This document shows, one piece after another, positions 37,376 through 47,691 of a DNA stretch of 64,000 bases; within the stretch, counting starts at the first letter, position 1, and the number at the start of each line of letters is the position of its first letter. The notes under the pieces were generated by a model. It was not told the DNA's origin. It worked only from the letters and a program-made list of their open reading frames with translations, and made no database searches. Both the position numbers and the translations under genes were made by a program. The stretch is from Candidatus Mcinerneyibacterium aminivorans (GTDB lineage Bacteria; Macinerneyibacteriota; Macinerneyibacteria; Macinerneyibacteriales; Macinerneyibacteriaceae): contig VSIX01000029.1 of assembly GCA_008086245.1 (NCBI GenBank), positions 11,813 to 75,812 on the forward strand. The letters run 5' to 3'.

Positions 37376-37736
37376 AAACAGCACCTTCTATATTTATCCA
37401 ATAGGGGAAATAAAAAAATTAAAACATGCAAAACACAAGATAATTGTTTATAAAAAATATTTAAAAGGTTTGGACAAAATTGAAAATTATAATAAATTAA
37501 GAATTCTTTACTGGATGGATAAACTAAATGATTCTGATAGAGAAATCCTCAGTGTTTATCCGCACAATAATAAAAATAATATTAAAAGAGGTGTTTTTTC
37601 AACTCATAGCCCTGTAAGACCTAATCCCATAGGAGTATCAACGGTTAATCTTATAAATAGAGAAAATAATATTTTAATCGTTAAGGGTCTTGATGCTTTG
37701 GATAATTCCCCGCTTATTGATATAAAATCAAATTAA
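37362..37736 (+). CDS. TsaA/YaeB-like tRNA methyltransferase domain protein; start codon uncertain (no in-frame ATG/GTG upstream of the conserved N-terminus)
   Basis: VFSTHSPVRPNPIGVSTVNLI...LDALDNSPLIDIK matches the TsaA C-terminus. In-frame upstream residues IYPIGEI... look like the TsaA N-terminus. The frame is open from 37350 but holds only a TTG at 37470 and rare ATT/ATC candidates. Confidence 0.45.
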   Translation: MISFKNSTFYIYPIGEIKKLKHAKHKIIVYKKYLKGLDKIENYNKLRILYWMDKLNDSDREILSVYPHNNKNNIKRGVFSTHSPVRPNPIGVSTVNLINRENNILIVKGLDALDNSPLIDIKSN

Positions 37737-37796
37737 TCAAATTTCAAATTGCATAATTAATAAATTTTATTATAATTCCAACAGGGAGGTTTCTAT

Positions 37797-38567
37797 ATGG
37801 AAAATCTATACGACAGTCATGTACATATAAATTTAAATCAATATGATAAAAATAGGGAAAAAATTATAAAAATGTGTGAAAACAAACTTGATTTCATGAT
37901 TAATATCGGAATTGATGAGAAAAGTTCAGAACAATCTATAGCTTACAGCTTTCAATATGATTTCATATATGCTACCGTAGGGGTTCATCCAACAAATATC
38001 AAAGAGTACACTGATAAGCTTGAAAAAAGACTTTTTAAGATGGGAAAAGAAGAAAAGGTAGTAGCAATTGGTGAAATTGGACTTGATTATCACTGGATGA
38101 AGGATCCAAAAGATTACCAGAAAGAAATTTTTAGAAGGCAAATGGAAATTGCCAGAAAACTCAACAAACCTGTTGTAATTCATAGCCGGGAGGCACAGGA
38201 TGATACTTTTAAAATACTAGAGGAATTCAGTAATGAAGTTTATGGAGTAATGCATACATATGCAGGAGATATTGAAACAATGAAAAAGTTGAAAAATATG
38301 GGTTATTATTTTTCTTTTTCAGGACCTGTTACTTTTAAGGGGAAAAGAAGTGATTATACACGAAAAGTAGTTAAAAATACTCCGATTGAAAGAATCTTGA
38401 TCGAAACCGATTCGCCCTTTTTAGCTCCCCAGCCTATGAGGGGAAAGGTCAATGTGCCAACAAATGTTGAGTATGTTTTTGAAAAGATTGCCGAAATTAA
38501 AAATATGTCAAAAGAAAAAGCTCTTTTCATCCTTAGAAATAACGCAAAAGAGATTTTTGGAATTTAG
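37797..38567 (+). CDS. TatD-family metal-dependent hydrolase/DNase
   Basis: YDSHVHINL N-terminal His motif. 256 aa. IETDSPF family motif. Confidence 0.75.
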   Translation: MENLYDSHVHINLNQYDKNREKIIKMCENKLDFMINIGIDEKSSEQSIAYSFQYDFIYATVGVHPTNIKEYTDKLEKRLFKMGKEEKVVAIGEIGLDYHWMKDPKDYQKEIFRRQMEIARKLNKPVVIHSREAQDDTFKILEEFSNEVYGVMHTYAGDIETMKKLKNMGYYFSFSGPVTFKGKRSDYTRKVVKNTPIERILIETDSPFLAPQPMRGKVNVPTNVEYVFEKIAEIKNMSKEKALFILRNNAKEIFGI

Positions 38568-38578
38568 GAAGGATTAGT

Positions 38579-40297
38579 ATGCTGGAAATTTTAGAAAACA
38601 AGTTAAAAAATAATTTTAAGAAAATCGTTAAGAAAGCCTATCCGGATTTTGATAAATGGGAAACATTAAATATAGAACCTGCAACAGATTTCAAATTTGG
38701 GGATTTTCAAACTAATTTTGCAATGAAAAATTCCAATTATTTCAGGGACAATCCGAGGAATATAGCAACAAACATTATAAATAAATTTAAAAAATCTGAT
38801 TTAATTGAAAATATCGAGGTGGCAGGTCCCGGGTTTATAAATATTTTTATTAAAACGGAATTTTTATCAAGTTATATAGCTAATTTAGAGAGGGAAAAAT
38901 TAGATTTTTCTTTTCTGGACCAAAAAGGAAGTGTTATAATAGATTATTCCTCCCCCAATATAGCAAAAAGAATGCATGTGGGTCATTTAAGAAGCACGGT
39001 AATTGGGGATTCAATTAAAAGAATTTATAACTTTTTAGGGTTTCACACAGTTGCTGATAATCATCTTGGAGATTGGGGAACTCATTTTGGAAAACTAATA
39101 GTTGCATACAGAAAATGGCTGGATAAAGAAAATTATAGAAAAAATCCAGTTAGAGAACTGGAAAGATTATACGTTAAATTCAACAGGGAAGCTGAAAAAA
39201 ACAAAGAACTGAATAATGATGCAAGAAAGGAATTGAATAAACTTCAGGAGGGAAATAAAAAGAATAAAAATTTATGGAAGGAATTTGTAGAGGTTTCTCT
39301 GGGTGAATATAAAAAAATGTATAAAAAATTAAATATAGAATTTGATACTTATCACGGGGAATCTTATTATCATGACATTATGGATGATATTATAACAATC
39401 CTTAAAGAAAAGAACATAGCAGAAAAGGATGATGGAGCATTGGTTGTTTTCTTTAATGAGGATAAGAATTTGCATCCCTGTATAGTAATGAAAAAAGATG
39501 GGTCTTATTTATATGCTACTTCGGAACTTGCAACTATTAAATATAGAATTAAAAACTACGATGTAAATAGAATGGTATATGTTACAGATGAAAGACAGAA
39601 AGATCATTTTAAACAGATATTTGAAATAGCAAGAAAAATTGGCTGGGATAAAAAATATATTCATGTTCCATTTGGATTAATGAGTTCCAAAGATGGAGTT
39701 TTTTCTTCACGGGAAGGAAATATAATTTTAATGAAAGATTTAATAAATAAAGCTTTAGAGAAGGCAAAAGAAGTTGTTGAAGAAAAAAATCCTGAACTCC
39801 CGGAGAGTGAGAAAAGAAAGATTGCTGAAACTATTGGGATTGGTGCGATAAAATATTCTGATTTAGGGCAGAACAGAAAATCCGAAATTACATTTAACTG
39901 GGATAAAATGCTTCAATTTGAGGGAAATACTTCACCATATTTACAGTATGTATATGTCAGGGTACAATCTTTATTTAAAAAAGCAAAACAGGAAGATATT
40001 AATTACAGCCTGGATTCCAAAATATATTTAAACAATCCAACAGAGAAACAAATTGCTATTAAACTTTCTCATTTTCCCAAAATAGTTATAAATGCAGCTA
40101 AATATTATAAGCCTAATATAATTGCTGATTATCTATTTGATTTAGCACAAACATATAATACTTTCTATAACTCTCTTTCAATATTGAGAGAAGATAGAGA
40201 AATAAGAGATTCAAGATTGTTGCTTTCCAAAAAGGTTGCTTATATAATAAAAACTGGATTGAATCTTTTGGGAATAAATGTAGTAGATAAGATGTAA
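38579..40297 (+). CDS. argS: Arginyl-tRNA synthetase
   Basis: PNIAKRMHVGHLRSTVIGD (HIGH motif). 572 aa. C-terminal anticodon-binding domain. Confidence 0.85.
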   Translation: MLEILENKLKNNFKKIVKKAYPDFDKWETLNIEPATDFKFGDFQTNFAMKNSNYFRDNPRNIATNIINKFKKSDLIENIEVAGPGFINIFIKTEFLSSYIANLEREKLDFSFLDQKGSVIIDYSSPNIAKRMHVGHLRSTVIGDSIKRIYNFLGFHTVADNHLGDWGTHFGKLIVAYRKWLDKENYRKNPVRELERLYVKFNREAEKNKELNNDARKELNKLQEGNKKNKNLWKEFVEVSLGEYKKMYKKLNIEFDTYHGESYYHDIMDDIITILKEKNIAEKDDGALVVFFNEDKNLHPCIVMKKDGSYLYATSELATIKYRIKNYDVNRMVYVTDERQKDHFKQIFEIARKIGWDKKYIHVPFGLMSSKDGVFSSREGNIILMKDLINKALEKAKEVVEEKNPELPESEKRKIAETIGIGAIKYSDLGQNRKSEITFNWDKMLQFEGNTSPYLQYVYVRVQSLFKKAKQEDINYSLDSKIYLNNPTEKQIAIKLSHFPKIVINAAKYYKPNIIADYLFDLAQTYNTFYNSLSILREDREIRDSRLLLSKKVAYIIKTGLNLLGINVVDKM

Positions 40298-40374
40298 TAA
40301 GTATTTAAAATAAATTATTTACTTTAATCATGATTATTGTATAATTTTTCTATGGAAAATGGAGGTTTAAATAA

Positions 40375-41412
40375 ATGGATAAGTATAATAAACTTGCGCG
40401 TTTGACAACAGAAAGAAATCTTGCTCTTGAAGTTGTAAGATTAACTGAAGCTGCGGCTCTGGCTACTTATCCACATATAGGAAAGGGAAATAAAAACAAA
40501 GCAGATAAAGCAGCTACAGAGGCTATGAGAAAATCATTTGCAAAAATATATATATCTGGGACAGTGGTGATTGGTGAAGGAGAACTTGATAATGCCCCAA
40601 TGCTTTATAATGGCGAAGAAGTAGGGAGATGGGGGGAGCATGACCCGGAAGTCGATATAGCTGTAGATCCGCTTGAAGGAACTAAATTGTGTGCCAAAAA
40701 TAGACCCAATGCTATTACCTGTTTGGCAATGACAGATGGTAATTTTTTAAGAGCACCTGATATGTATATGTATAAAATTGTTGTTGGCCCGGGAGCAAAG
40801 GGCAGTATAGATTTAAGTAAAGATGTTAAGGAAAATCTTATAAACATAGCAGAGGCAAAGAATAAACCAATAAATGATTTGAATTTAATATTACTGGAAA
40901 GAAAAAGAAATAAATATATAGTTGAAGCTGCTAGAGAACTTGACTGCAAAATTACTTATATAAGTGATGGAGATATTGCTGCATCTCTATATGCAGTACT
41001 GGACAATTCTCCAATGGATGTTTATATGGGTATAGGAGGAGCTCCCGAAGGAGTAATTACTGCTTCAGCGGTTAAAAGTGTTGAAGGTGATATGCAGGCA
41101 AGATTAGCATTTGATTTTTCAAAAGGAAATAAAGCACATATAGATCTTGAAAAACTAAAAGTACGTGCAAAAAATATGGGCATAAACGATTTTGAAAAGA
41201 TATATAATCTTGATGAACTGGTTACAGGGAATACTTTTTTTGCAGCAAGTGGTGTAACAGACGGGGAGCTGTTAAGAGGAGTTAGACAGAAACCGGGAGG
41301 ATTTCAGGTTGAATCTTTGGTTATGCGCTCCAGGACGGGAACAATTAGATGGCTGCAATCACAATATAATCTCGATAAAAGAGTCGATTATTCAAGTATA
41401 CTGGAGGATTAA
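40375..41412 (+). CDS. glpX: Fructose-1,6-bisphosphatase class II (GlpX)
   Basis: N-terminal LALEVVRLTEAAALATYPHIGKGNKNKADKAATEAMR matches the GlpX family. 345 aa. Confidence 0.8.
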   Translation: MDKYNKLARLTTERNLALEVVRLTEAAALATYPHIGKGNKNKADKAATEAMRKSFAKIYISGTVVIGEGELDNAPMLYNGEEVGRWGEHDPEVDIAVDPLEGTKLCAKNRPNAITCLAMTDGNFLRAPDMYMYKIVVGPGAKGSIDLSKDVKENLINIAEAKNKPINDLNLILLERKRNKYIVEAARELDCKITYISDGDIAASLYAVLDNSPMDVYMGIGGAPEGVITASAVKSVEGDMQARLAFDFSKGNKAHIDLEKLKVRAKNMGINDFEKIYNLDELVTGNTFFAASGVTDGELLRGVRQKPGGFQVESLVMRSRTGTIRWLQSQYNLDKRVDYSSILED

Positions 41413-41414
41413 AA

Positions 41415-42113
41415 ATGCCGAATGAACTTTTATGGATATTATATATACTGCTTGATTTTATCATTTCATTGATAATATTCAAATTGTTTAAAAAGGAAGG
41501 CCTATTTATAATAATAACGATTAATATAATATTATGCAATATACAGGTAATTAAATTTATTAAAATGTTCGGAATTACTACAACTCTGGGAAATTTGCTA
41601 TATGGTGGGATATTCTGGGCTACAGATATGCTTTCGGAAATATACGGCAAAAAAGAGGCTAAAAAGGGAGTATTTATAGGTTTTGTTACATTATTTACCA
41701 TGACAATTATCATGTATGGTGCTACACTGTTTAAACCTGCTTCAATTGATACTATGCATCCTCATATTGAAGCTATTTTTACTTTTTTACCGAGAATAGC
41801 TTTTGCTTCTTTAATTGCATATCTGGCAAGTCAGCTTCATGATGTGTGGGGTTTCCTTTTTTTAAAAGAGAAGACAAAGGGAAAACATCTTTGGTTGAGA
41901 AATAATGTGTCAACTATTACATCTCAGGCAATAGATTCTGTAGTTTTTACCGTTATTGCTTTTTATGGAATTGTCCCGGTAAGTGATTTTATTCAAATAT
42001 TAGTTACAACATATGTTTTTAAACTCATTGTAGCAGTTTTTGATACGCCTTTTTTATATCTTGGTAGAAGTCTTGCTGTAAAAATGGGTGAGTATTTTGA
42101 TAGAGAAATTTAA
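41415..42113 (+). CDS. Queuosine-precursor transporter family membrane protein (YhhQ/DUF165/VUT)
   Basis: 232 aa, 6 TM segments. RNNVSTITSQAIDSVVFTVIAFYG matches the YhhQ signature. Confidence 0.6.
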   Translation: MPNELLWILYILLDFIISLIIFKLFKKEGLFIIITINIILCNIQVIKFIKMFGITTTLGNLLYGGIFWATDMLSEIYGKKEAKKGVFIGFVTLFTMTIIMYGATLFKPASIDTMHPHIEAIFTFLPRIAFASLIAYLASQLHDVWGFLFLKEKTKGKHLWLRNNVSTITSQAIDSVVFTVIAFYGIVPVSDFIQILVTTYVFKLIVAVFDTPFLYLGRSLAVKMGEYFDREI

Positions 42114-42121
42114 AGTGGAGG

Positions 42122-42457
42122 TTGTTTATGTATAAATGTAAGGAATGTGGATATCTTCATTGGTTAGAAGAGCTACCCGAAAGATGTCCTAAATGTCTCT
42201 CAAAAGGTGAAGTTTTTGTAGAAATAGAAGAAAAAGCAGAGAATAAAATTGAAGAATCACTGTATACAAATGAGTTATTGATTGAATTAATGGATAATTT
42301 AAATAAAGTTCTCGACATTTCAGCTGAAGGGATGAATGAAAAGCTGGATGATGATTGCTATAAATTATTTACCAGAGTATATAAAAACAGTATCGAAATG
42401 ATTCAGGCTGTTAAAGCAGAAATTGCAGCTCATGTAGAAGATGATAAATGGGGATGA
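42122..42457 (+). CDS. Hypothetical protein with an N-terminal rubredoxin-like zinc ribbon
   Basis: CKECGY...CPKC. 111 aa. Ends 1 nt before the smc start. Confidence 0.4.
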   Translation: MFMYKCKECGYLHWLEELPERCPKCLSKGEVFVEIEEKAENKIEESLYTNELLIELMDNLNKVLDISAEGMNEKLDDDCYKLFTRVYKNSIEMIQAVKAEIAAHVEDDKWG

Positions 42458-42458
42458 T

Positions 42459-45400
42459 ATGTTTATAAAACAACTGGAACTTGTGGGTTTTAAATCTTTT
42501 GCCGAAAAAACAACTGTAAATTTTTCGGATGGTATGACATGCATAGTTGGCCCGAATGGATGCGGTAAAAGCAACATTGGCGAAGCTATCAGGTGGGTAT
42601 TTGGAGAACAGAGCGCAAAAAAATTAAGAGGAAGCAGCATGGATGATTTTATTTTTAACGGTACCAACCAAAGAAAGCCGCTTAATCGAGCCGAAGTAAC
42701 AATTACTTTAAATAATGAAAATAACATTTTACCTTCAGAATATAATGATGTTACAGTTAAAAGAAGAGTTTTTTCTGATGGGCAGTCTGAATATTTTATA
42801 AACAATCAGAAGTGTAGATTGAAGGATGTTCGTAATTTAATTACTGATACAGGAATAGGAATTAGTGCTTATTCATTTATAGAACAGGGGATGATTTCTG
42901 AAATTCTATCTTCAGATCCCACGGAGAGAAGAAGAATTTTTGAAGAAGCAGCTGGTGTAATGAAATATAGAGTAAGAAAAAAAGAAACAATGAAAAAATT
43001 AACAGATACTGAAGAAAATGTAGATCGCTTAAAAGATATTATTTATGAAGTTAAAAGGCAGAGAAGCTCACTTGAAAAACAGGTGGAAAAAGCTAAAAAA
43101 TATAAAAAACTTGAGAAAAAACTTAAATCAAAAGAAATTATACATTTTAAAATAAAAACTAAAAAACTTGAAGATAAAATTAATAAAAAAGAAAAGGTAA
43201 TGGAGGGAATTGAAGATAAAATTTCAAATTTCAATACTCAAATTACAAAATTAAAAGCAAATATGGAAGATAAGCAGCTTGTATTTATTGATAAAGAGGA
43301 AAATCTAAAGGACATTGAAAATAGTATTTATAATAAAAAGCTGAAAATGGAAAAAAAGAAAAGTGAACTCGATAATTTAATAAATCAAAGGGAGTTCTGG
43401 AAAAATGAAATTAAAACTTTAAAAGAAGAAATTAAGAACTTGAAACAAGTAAATGAGGAAATTGAAACAAAAATATCAAGTTTTGAGAGTAAAATAAAAA
43501 AGTTAGAATTTCAAAAAGATGGCCAGGAAGATAAAATATCAGAAAAACTGGATAAAGTTGAGACTAAAAAAGAAAAACTAAAAAAAGCAGAAGAAAATTA
43601 TGAGGAAAAAGTTAGCATTTTGCTTGATTTTATGAAAGATAGATCAAAATTGAGAACTGCTATTAATAATAATATTTCTGAAATTAATAATTATAAAAAA
43701 AGAAATGAATCTTTAACAAATTCAAATAAAAAAATTGAAAATTCCCTGAAAGAAAGGAAAAATGAACTTAAAAATTCAAAAAATAATTTAAAAGACATGA
43801 AAAACAAATTAGATGAACTACAAAAAGAATTAAAGGAAAATCGAAATAAGTTAAAAGAAAAGAATGATAGCCTGGAAAGTTTAATTGAAAAAAAACAGAC
43901 TAAAGAAAATAATTTGAAAAATATTGAAGCAAAATTAAGCAGCATAGAGATGCTTGAAAAGAAAATGGAAGGTCTGAATAGAGGAACCAAGAATATTTTA
44001 AAAAATAAGGATAAATTTGATATTGATGGAATACTGGCCGATTATATTAATGTGGATGATGGTTTTGAAAGAATCTTTGAGAATTTGCTTTCAGAGTATA
44101 TACAAATATTGATCCCCAATAATTTTAATTTTGAAAAACTAAAATCGTTTGTAAATGATAGAAAAAATGGAGAAAAATTTATTTATTATTCGAAAAATGA
44201 AGAGAATGAACAAAATATTCATGAAGATTCAATTTTAAATTATTGTAAAATTGAGAATAAAAAACTAAAAGGTTTACTATATAATTTGCTTGGTAATGTT
44301 ATTTATAAAAAAGAATATAAAAGAAAATATTTAAAGGATGGTTACACCCTGGTGCTGGAAGATGGGACTATTTATCATCCTAACGGATTAATTATTTATG
44401 CGGATCTTGCAAATCAGGGAATGAGTATAATTGAAAGAAAATCTTTAAAAGAAAAATATAGAGAAAAAATTGAAGATTTAAATAAACGGATTAAAAAAAG
44501 CAGTATAGAGGTGAATAGGAAAAAAGAAAAAGTTGATAAAATAAAAAATGAAAATGAGAAATTTAAAAATAAAATTACCGATAAAGAAAAACAGATCTCG
44601 GATCTCAAGAAAGATATAGGGTATTTAAAAAAGGAAATAGATAGATTAAAGGAAGAATTAAGCATAAATGAAAAAGAGATAGAGATTAACATGAAAGAAA
44701 TTAAGCAGCTGAAGAAAGATAAAAAAGAAACCGAAGAAGAACTAAAAAATTTGAACAAAAAGCAAGAGGTGAATGATAGTGAAAAAAAGGAGCTTCAATC
44801 CGAAATTAATAAGTTAAAGAAGGAAATCGATGATGAAAATAATGAGCTATCATCTTTAAAAGATAAATATTCAGATATAAAAAATGAATTAAATTCTGCA
44901 AAAAAAGATCTAAATCATCTTCAAACACGTAAAGAAAACAATATTAATAGGATTGATGATAAAACAAATAAAGTCGAGGAAGATAAGGAAAAAATAGCTA
45001 ATTCGATGAAAAGGGAGGAAGACCTTAAAAAAAATATAAACAATTTAGTTAATGAGATTGATAAAAAAGAAAAAGAAAAAGTTCAATTAAATGAAAAAGT
45101 AAAAACAATTAAAGAAGAAGTGGCCGAAATAAATGAAAAAATTGAAAATATTAGAAAAAAGCTTGAAGATGAACAGATGAAAATACGTAAAAGTGAAGTA
45201 GAATATACAAAATTAACTGATGAATTGCAAAATCTTAATGAATATATTTATGGAAAATACGATGTAACAGAAAGTTATATAGAAAATCTAACTGTGCCTG
45301 AGGAATATGATTTTGAAAAGTACAAAAAACAAATTGAGTCTTTAAAAAGCAAAATAAAATCTCTGGGAAATATTAATATGTCGGCAATTGATGAATATGA

Positions 45401-45983
45401 AGAGCTGAACGAAAGATACGATTTTTTAATTTCACAAAAAGAAGACCTCGATGAATCAAAAGAAAAACTGGAAAAAGCTCTTGATAAAATTGAAAATATA
45501 AGTGAAGAAAAATTTATTGATACATTTTATAAAATAAAAAATAATTTCAAGGAAATATTCCCAGAACTGTTTAATGGAGGGAAAGCAGATATTTCACTTA
45601 TCCTTGATGAAGATGAGGATGTGTTAAATTCAGGAATAGATGTAAATGTTAAGCCTCCAGGTAAAAGATTGCAGAATATAAATCTCTTATCAGGAGGAGA
45701 AAAAGCTTTATCGGCTATAGCATTACTGTTTTCAATATTTAAGGTTAAGCCAGCTCCATTTTGTGTTTTGGATGAAATAGATGCTCCTCTGGATGATACA
45801 AATGTATCCAGATTCATCAATCTGCTTTCTGATTTTACTGATACCACTCAATTTATTATTATTACGCATAATAAATATACAATTGAATCGGCTGATTCTC
45901 TATATGGGGTTACTATGGAAGAGCCGGGAGTTAGTTCACTTGTATCGGTTTCAATTAAAGAATTTGAACAGGACAGGAGCTAA
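42459..45983 (+). CDS. smc: Chromosome segregation protein SMC
   Basis: N-terminal MFIKQLELVGFKSFA...IVGPNGCGKSN Walker A. Long coiled coils. C-terminal LSGGEKALSAIALLF signature and a D-loop. The tracked start at 42441 is probably 6 codons too long. Confidence 0.9.
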   Translation: MFIKQLELVGFKSFAEKTTVNFSDGMTCIVGPNGCGKSNIGEAIRWVFGEQSAKKLRGSSMDDFIFNGTNQRKPLNRAEVTITLNNENNILPSEYNDVTVKRRVFSDGQSEYFINNQKCRLKDVRNLITDTGIGISAYSFIEQGMISEILSSDPTERRRIFEEAAGVMKYRVRKKETMKKLTDTEENVDRLKDIIYEVKRQRSSLEKQVEKAKKYKKLEKKLKSKEIIHFKIKTKKLEDKINKKEKVMEGIEDKISNFNTQITKLKANMEDKQLVFIDKEENLKDIENSIYNKKLKMEKKKSELDNLINQREFWKNEIKTLKEEIKNLKQVNEEIETKISSFESKIKKLEFQKDGQEDKISEKLDKVETKKEKLKKAEENYEEKVSILLDFMKDRSKLRTAINNNISEINNYKKRNESLTNSNKKIENSLKERKNELKNSKNNLKDMKNKLDELQKELKENRNKLKEKNDSLESLIEKKQTKENNLKNIEAKLSSIEMLEKKMEGLNRGTKNILKNKDKFDIDGILADYINVDDGFERIFENLLSEYIQILIPNNFNFEKLKSFVNDRKNGEKFIYYSKNEENEQNIHEDSILNYCKIENKKLKGLLYNLLGNVIYKKEYKRKYLKDGYTLVLEDGTIYHPNGLIIYADLANQGMSIIERKSLKEKYREKIEDLNKRIKKSSIEVNRKKEKVDKIKNENEKFKNKITDKEKQISDLKKDIGYLKKEIDRLKEELSINEKEIEINMKEIKQLKKDKKETEEELKNLNKKQEVNDSEKKELQSEINKLKKEIDDENNELSSLKDKYSDIKNELNSAKKDLNHLQTRKENNINRIDDKTNKVEEDKEKIANSMKREEDLKKNINNLVNEIDKKEKEKVQLNEKVKTIKEEVAEINEKIENIRKKLEDEQMKIRKSEVEYTKLTDELQNLNEYIYGKYDVTESYIENLTVPEEYDFEKYKKQIESLKSKIKSLGNINMSAIDEYEELNERYDFLISQKEDLDESKEKLEKALDKIENISEEKFIDTFYKIKNNFKEIFPELFNGGKADISLILDEDEDVLNSGIDVNVKPPGKRLQNINLLSGGEKALSAIALLFSIFKVKPAPFCVLDEIDAPLDDTNVSRFINLLSDFTDTTQFIIITHNKYTIESADSLYGVTMEEPGVSSLVSVSIKEFEQDRS

Positions 45984-45984
45984 A

Positions 45985-46884
45985 ATGGCTGATATTTTTG
46001 ATAAATATAAGAAGGGATTTGAGAAAACAAAACAGGGTTTGTTTGGAAAATTTATTAGTTCTATAACCAAATCTAAATCTTTAAATGAAGATTTAGTTGA
46101 AGAAGTTGAGAATCTTTTACTTGGCGCTGATCTCGGATATGAGGTAGTTAGTGAAATAATTAAAGAAGTAAAAAGTCAGGCAGAAAGCAATAAAGAATTA
46201 GAAGTATTGTTCAAGGATAGTCTTTATAAAATCTTAAAAGGAAAAAATCGCGAGTTATCCAAAGGTGATGATTTAACAGTTTATCTATTTGTTGGTGTAA
46301 ATGGGGTGGGCAAAACTACAACCATTTCAAAACTGGGCAATATGTTAAATAAGCAGGGAGAAAAGGTTCTTTTGGCAGCAGGAGATACATATAGAGCCGC
46401 CGGCGGGGAACAGCTAGCTGAGTGGGGAGATAAGCTTGGTCTAAGGGTAATCTCTCAAAAAAGAGGAGCAGATGCTGCAGCTTTAGTGTATGATGCAATT
46501 GATTCTGCTATATCCAACAACTATGATTATTTATTAATTGATTCGGCCGGTAGACTTCATACAAAGAAAAATTTGATGGAGGAACTTGTTAAGATAAATA
46601 AAACTATTGAAAAGAAATTGAATCATAGAGCCGATGAAAACATTTTGGTTCTTGATGCTACTACAGGACAAAATGCCATAAAACAGGTTAAACGATTTCA
46701 TCAAAAAATTAATATCGACAGCATAATAATTGCAAAAATGGATGGAACCGCAAAGGGAGGAATCATCTTTCCAATTGAGAAAAAATACAATATCCCTATT
46801 AAATATGTTGGACTTGGAGAAGGCAAAGAAGATCTTCAACAATTTGATCCACAGATATATATTCAAACGTTATTTGAGGAGTGA
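45985..46884 (+). CDS. ftsY: Signal recognition particle receptor FtsY
   Basis: VGVNGVGKTTT, DTYRAAG and IIAKMDGTAKGG are SRP-GTPase motifs. The tracked ORF (from 45781) extends upstream into smc; ATG 45985 (MADIFDKY) is preferred. Confidence 0.85.
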   Translation: MADIFDKYKKGFEKTKQGLFGKFISSITKSKSLNEDLVEEVENLLLGADLGYEVVSEIIKEVKSQAESNKELEVLFKDSLYKILKGKNRELSKGDDLTVYLFVGVNGVGKTTTISKLGNMLNKQGEKVLLAAGDTYRAAGGEQLAEWGDKLGLRVISQKRGADAAALVYDAIDSAISNNYDYLLIDSAGRLHTKKNLMEELVKINKTIEKKLNHRADENILVLDATTGQNAIKQVKRFHQKINIDSIIIAKMDGTAKGGIIFPIEKKYNIPIKYVGLGEGKEDLQQFDPQIYIQTLFEE

Positions 46885-46887
46885 TTT

Positions 46888-47691
46888 ATGTTATTTCCCT
46901 ACAAAAGAAAAGGAAAGATGGGATTAGCTCTATCTTCAGGGGCAGCTCATGGTCTGGCCCATATCGGGGTATTGAAGGTTATGGAAAAAAACGGTATAAA
47001 TTTCGATTATATATGCGGTTCAAGCGTTGGTGCAATTATAGGAGCGCTGTGGGCCGAAGGGTATACATCTGGAGAGATTTATCAGATTGCTAAAAGAATG
47101 AACTGGAAAAAGATTGTAAAAATAACAATTCCTAAAAGAGGATTTTTCTCAATAGAAGGTCTTGAAAAAATTATAAAAGAATATATACCCCATAACAGAT
47201 TTGGTGGATTAAAAAAGAAATTTGGATGTGTGGCTACAAGCTTAAAATCTGAAAAACCAATTTATTTTACAGAGGGTGATTTGGCAAAAAAAATAGCCGC
47301 AAGCTGTGCTATACCTGTTATTTTCAAACCGATACAAATTAATGGAGAATATTGTATTGATGGTGGTTTTATTGAAAACACACCAGCTACACTCGCTAGA
47401 ACACTAGGAGCAGATAGTGTAGTTGGAGTAAGATTAAATAAACATTACCAATTTACTACCAAACCGGATAGTATAATTAAAATACTATTACAAACTATTA
47501 AAATCATGTCTCCTTCAGAAAAGTTTTCAAAATATATTGATAGAGGCGATGTTGTTATTAATCCTAAAATAAGAGAAATTGACTATGACGGTCTTGATAG
47601 GATTGATAAATTGGTGGAACTGGGCAAACAGGCTGCTCAGCAAAAAATAAAAAATATAAACGGAAAGTTTTTATTAAAAAAGGATAGGTAA
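46888..47691 (+). CDS. Patatin-like phospholipase
   Basis: GLALSSGAAHGLAHIGVL (oxyanion Gly-rich). GSSVG (GxSxG). DGG motif. Confidence 0.75.
   Translation: MLFPYKRKGKMGLALSSGAAHGLAHIGVLKVMEKNGINFDYICGSSVGAIIGALWAEGYTSGEIYQIAKRMNWKKIVKITIPKRGFFSIEGLEKIIKEYIPHNRFGGLKKKFGCVATSLKSEKPIYFTEGDLAKKIAASCAIPVIFKPIQINGEYCIDGGFIENTPATLARTLGADSVVGVRLNKHYQFTTKPDSIIKILLQTIKIMSPSEKFSKYIDRGDVVINPKIREIDYDGLDRIDKLVELGKQAAQQKIKNINGKFLLKKDR

Noticed and set aside
43000-45300. Apparent repetitiveness (K/E-rich, aaagaaaaa-type) in the middle of the long ORF.
   Set aside because: This is the SMC coiled-coil arm, so the low-complexity Lys/Glu heptads are expected. Not a DNA tandem repeat, CRISPR array or mobile element.
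45781-45984. Tracked ftsY ORF starting at 45781 (MLLWMIQ...).
   Set aside because: The upstream extension overlaps the smc 3' end and encodes non-FtsY low-complexity sequence. ATG 45985 (MADIFDKY) directly follows the smc stop and begins the recognisable FtsY.
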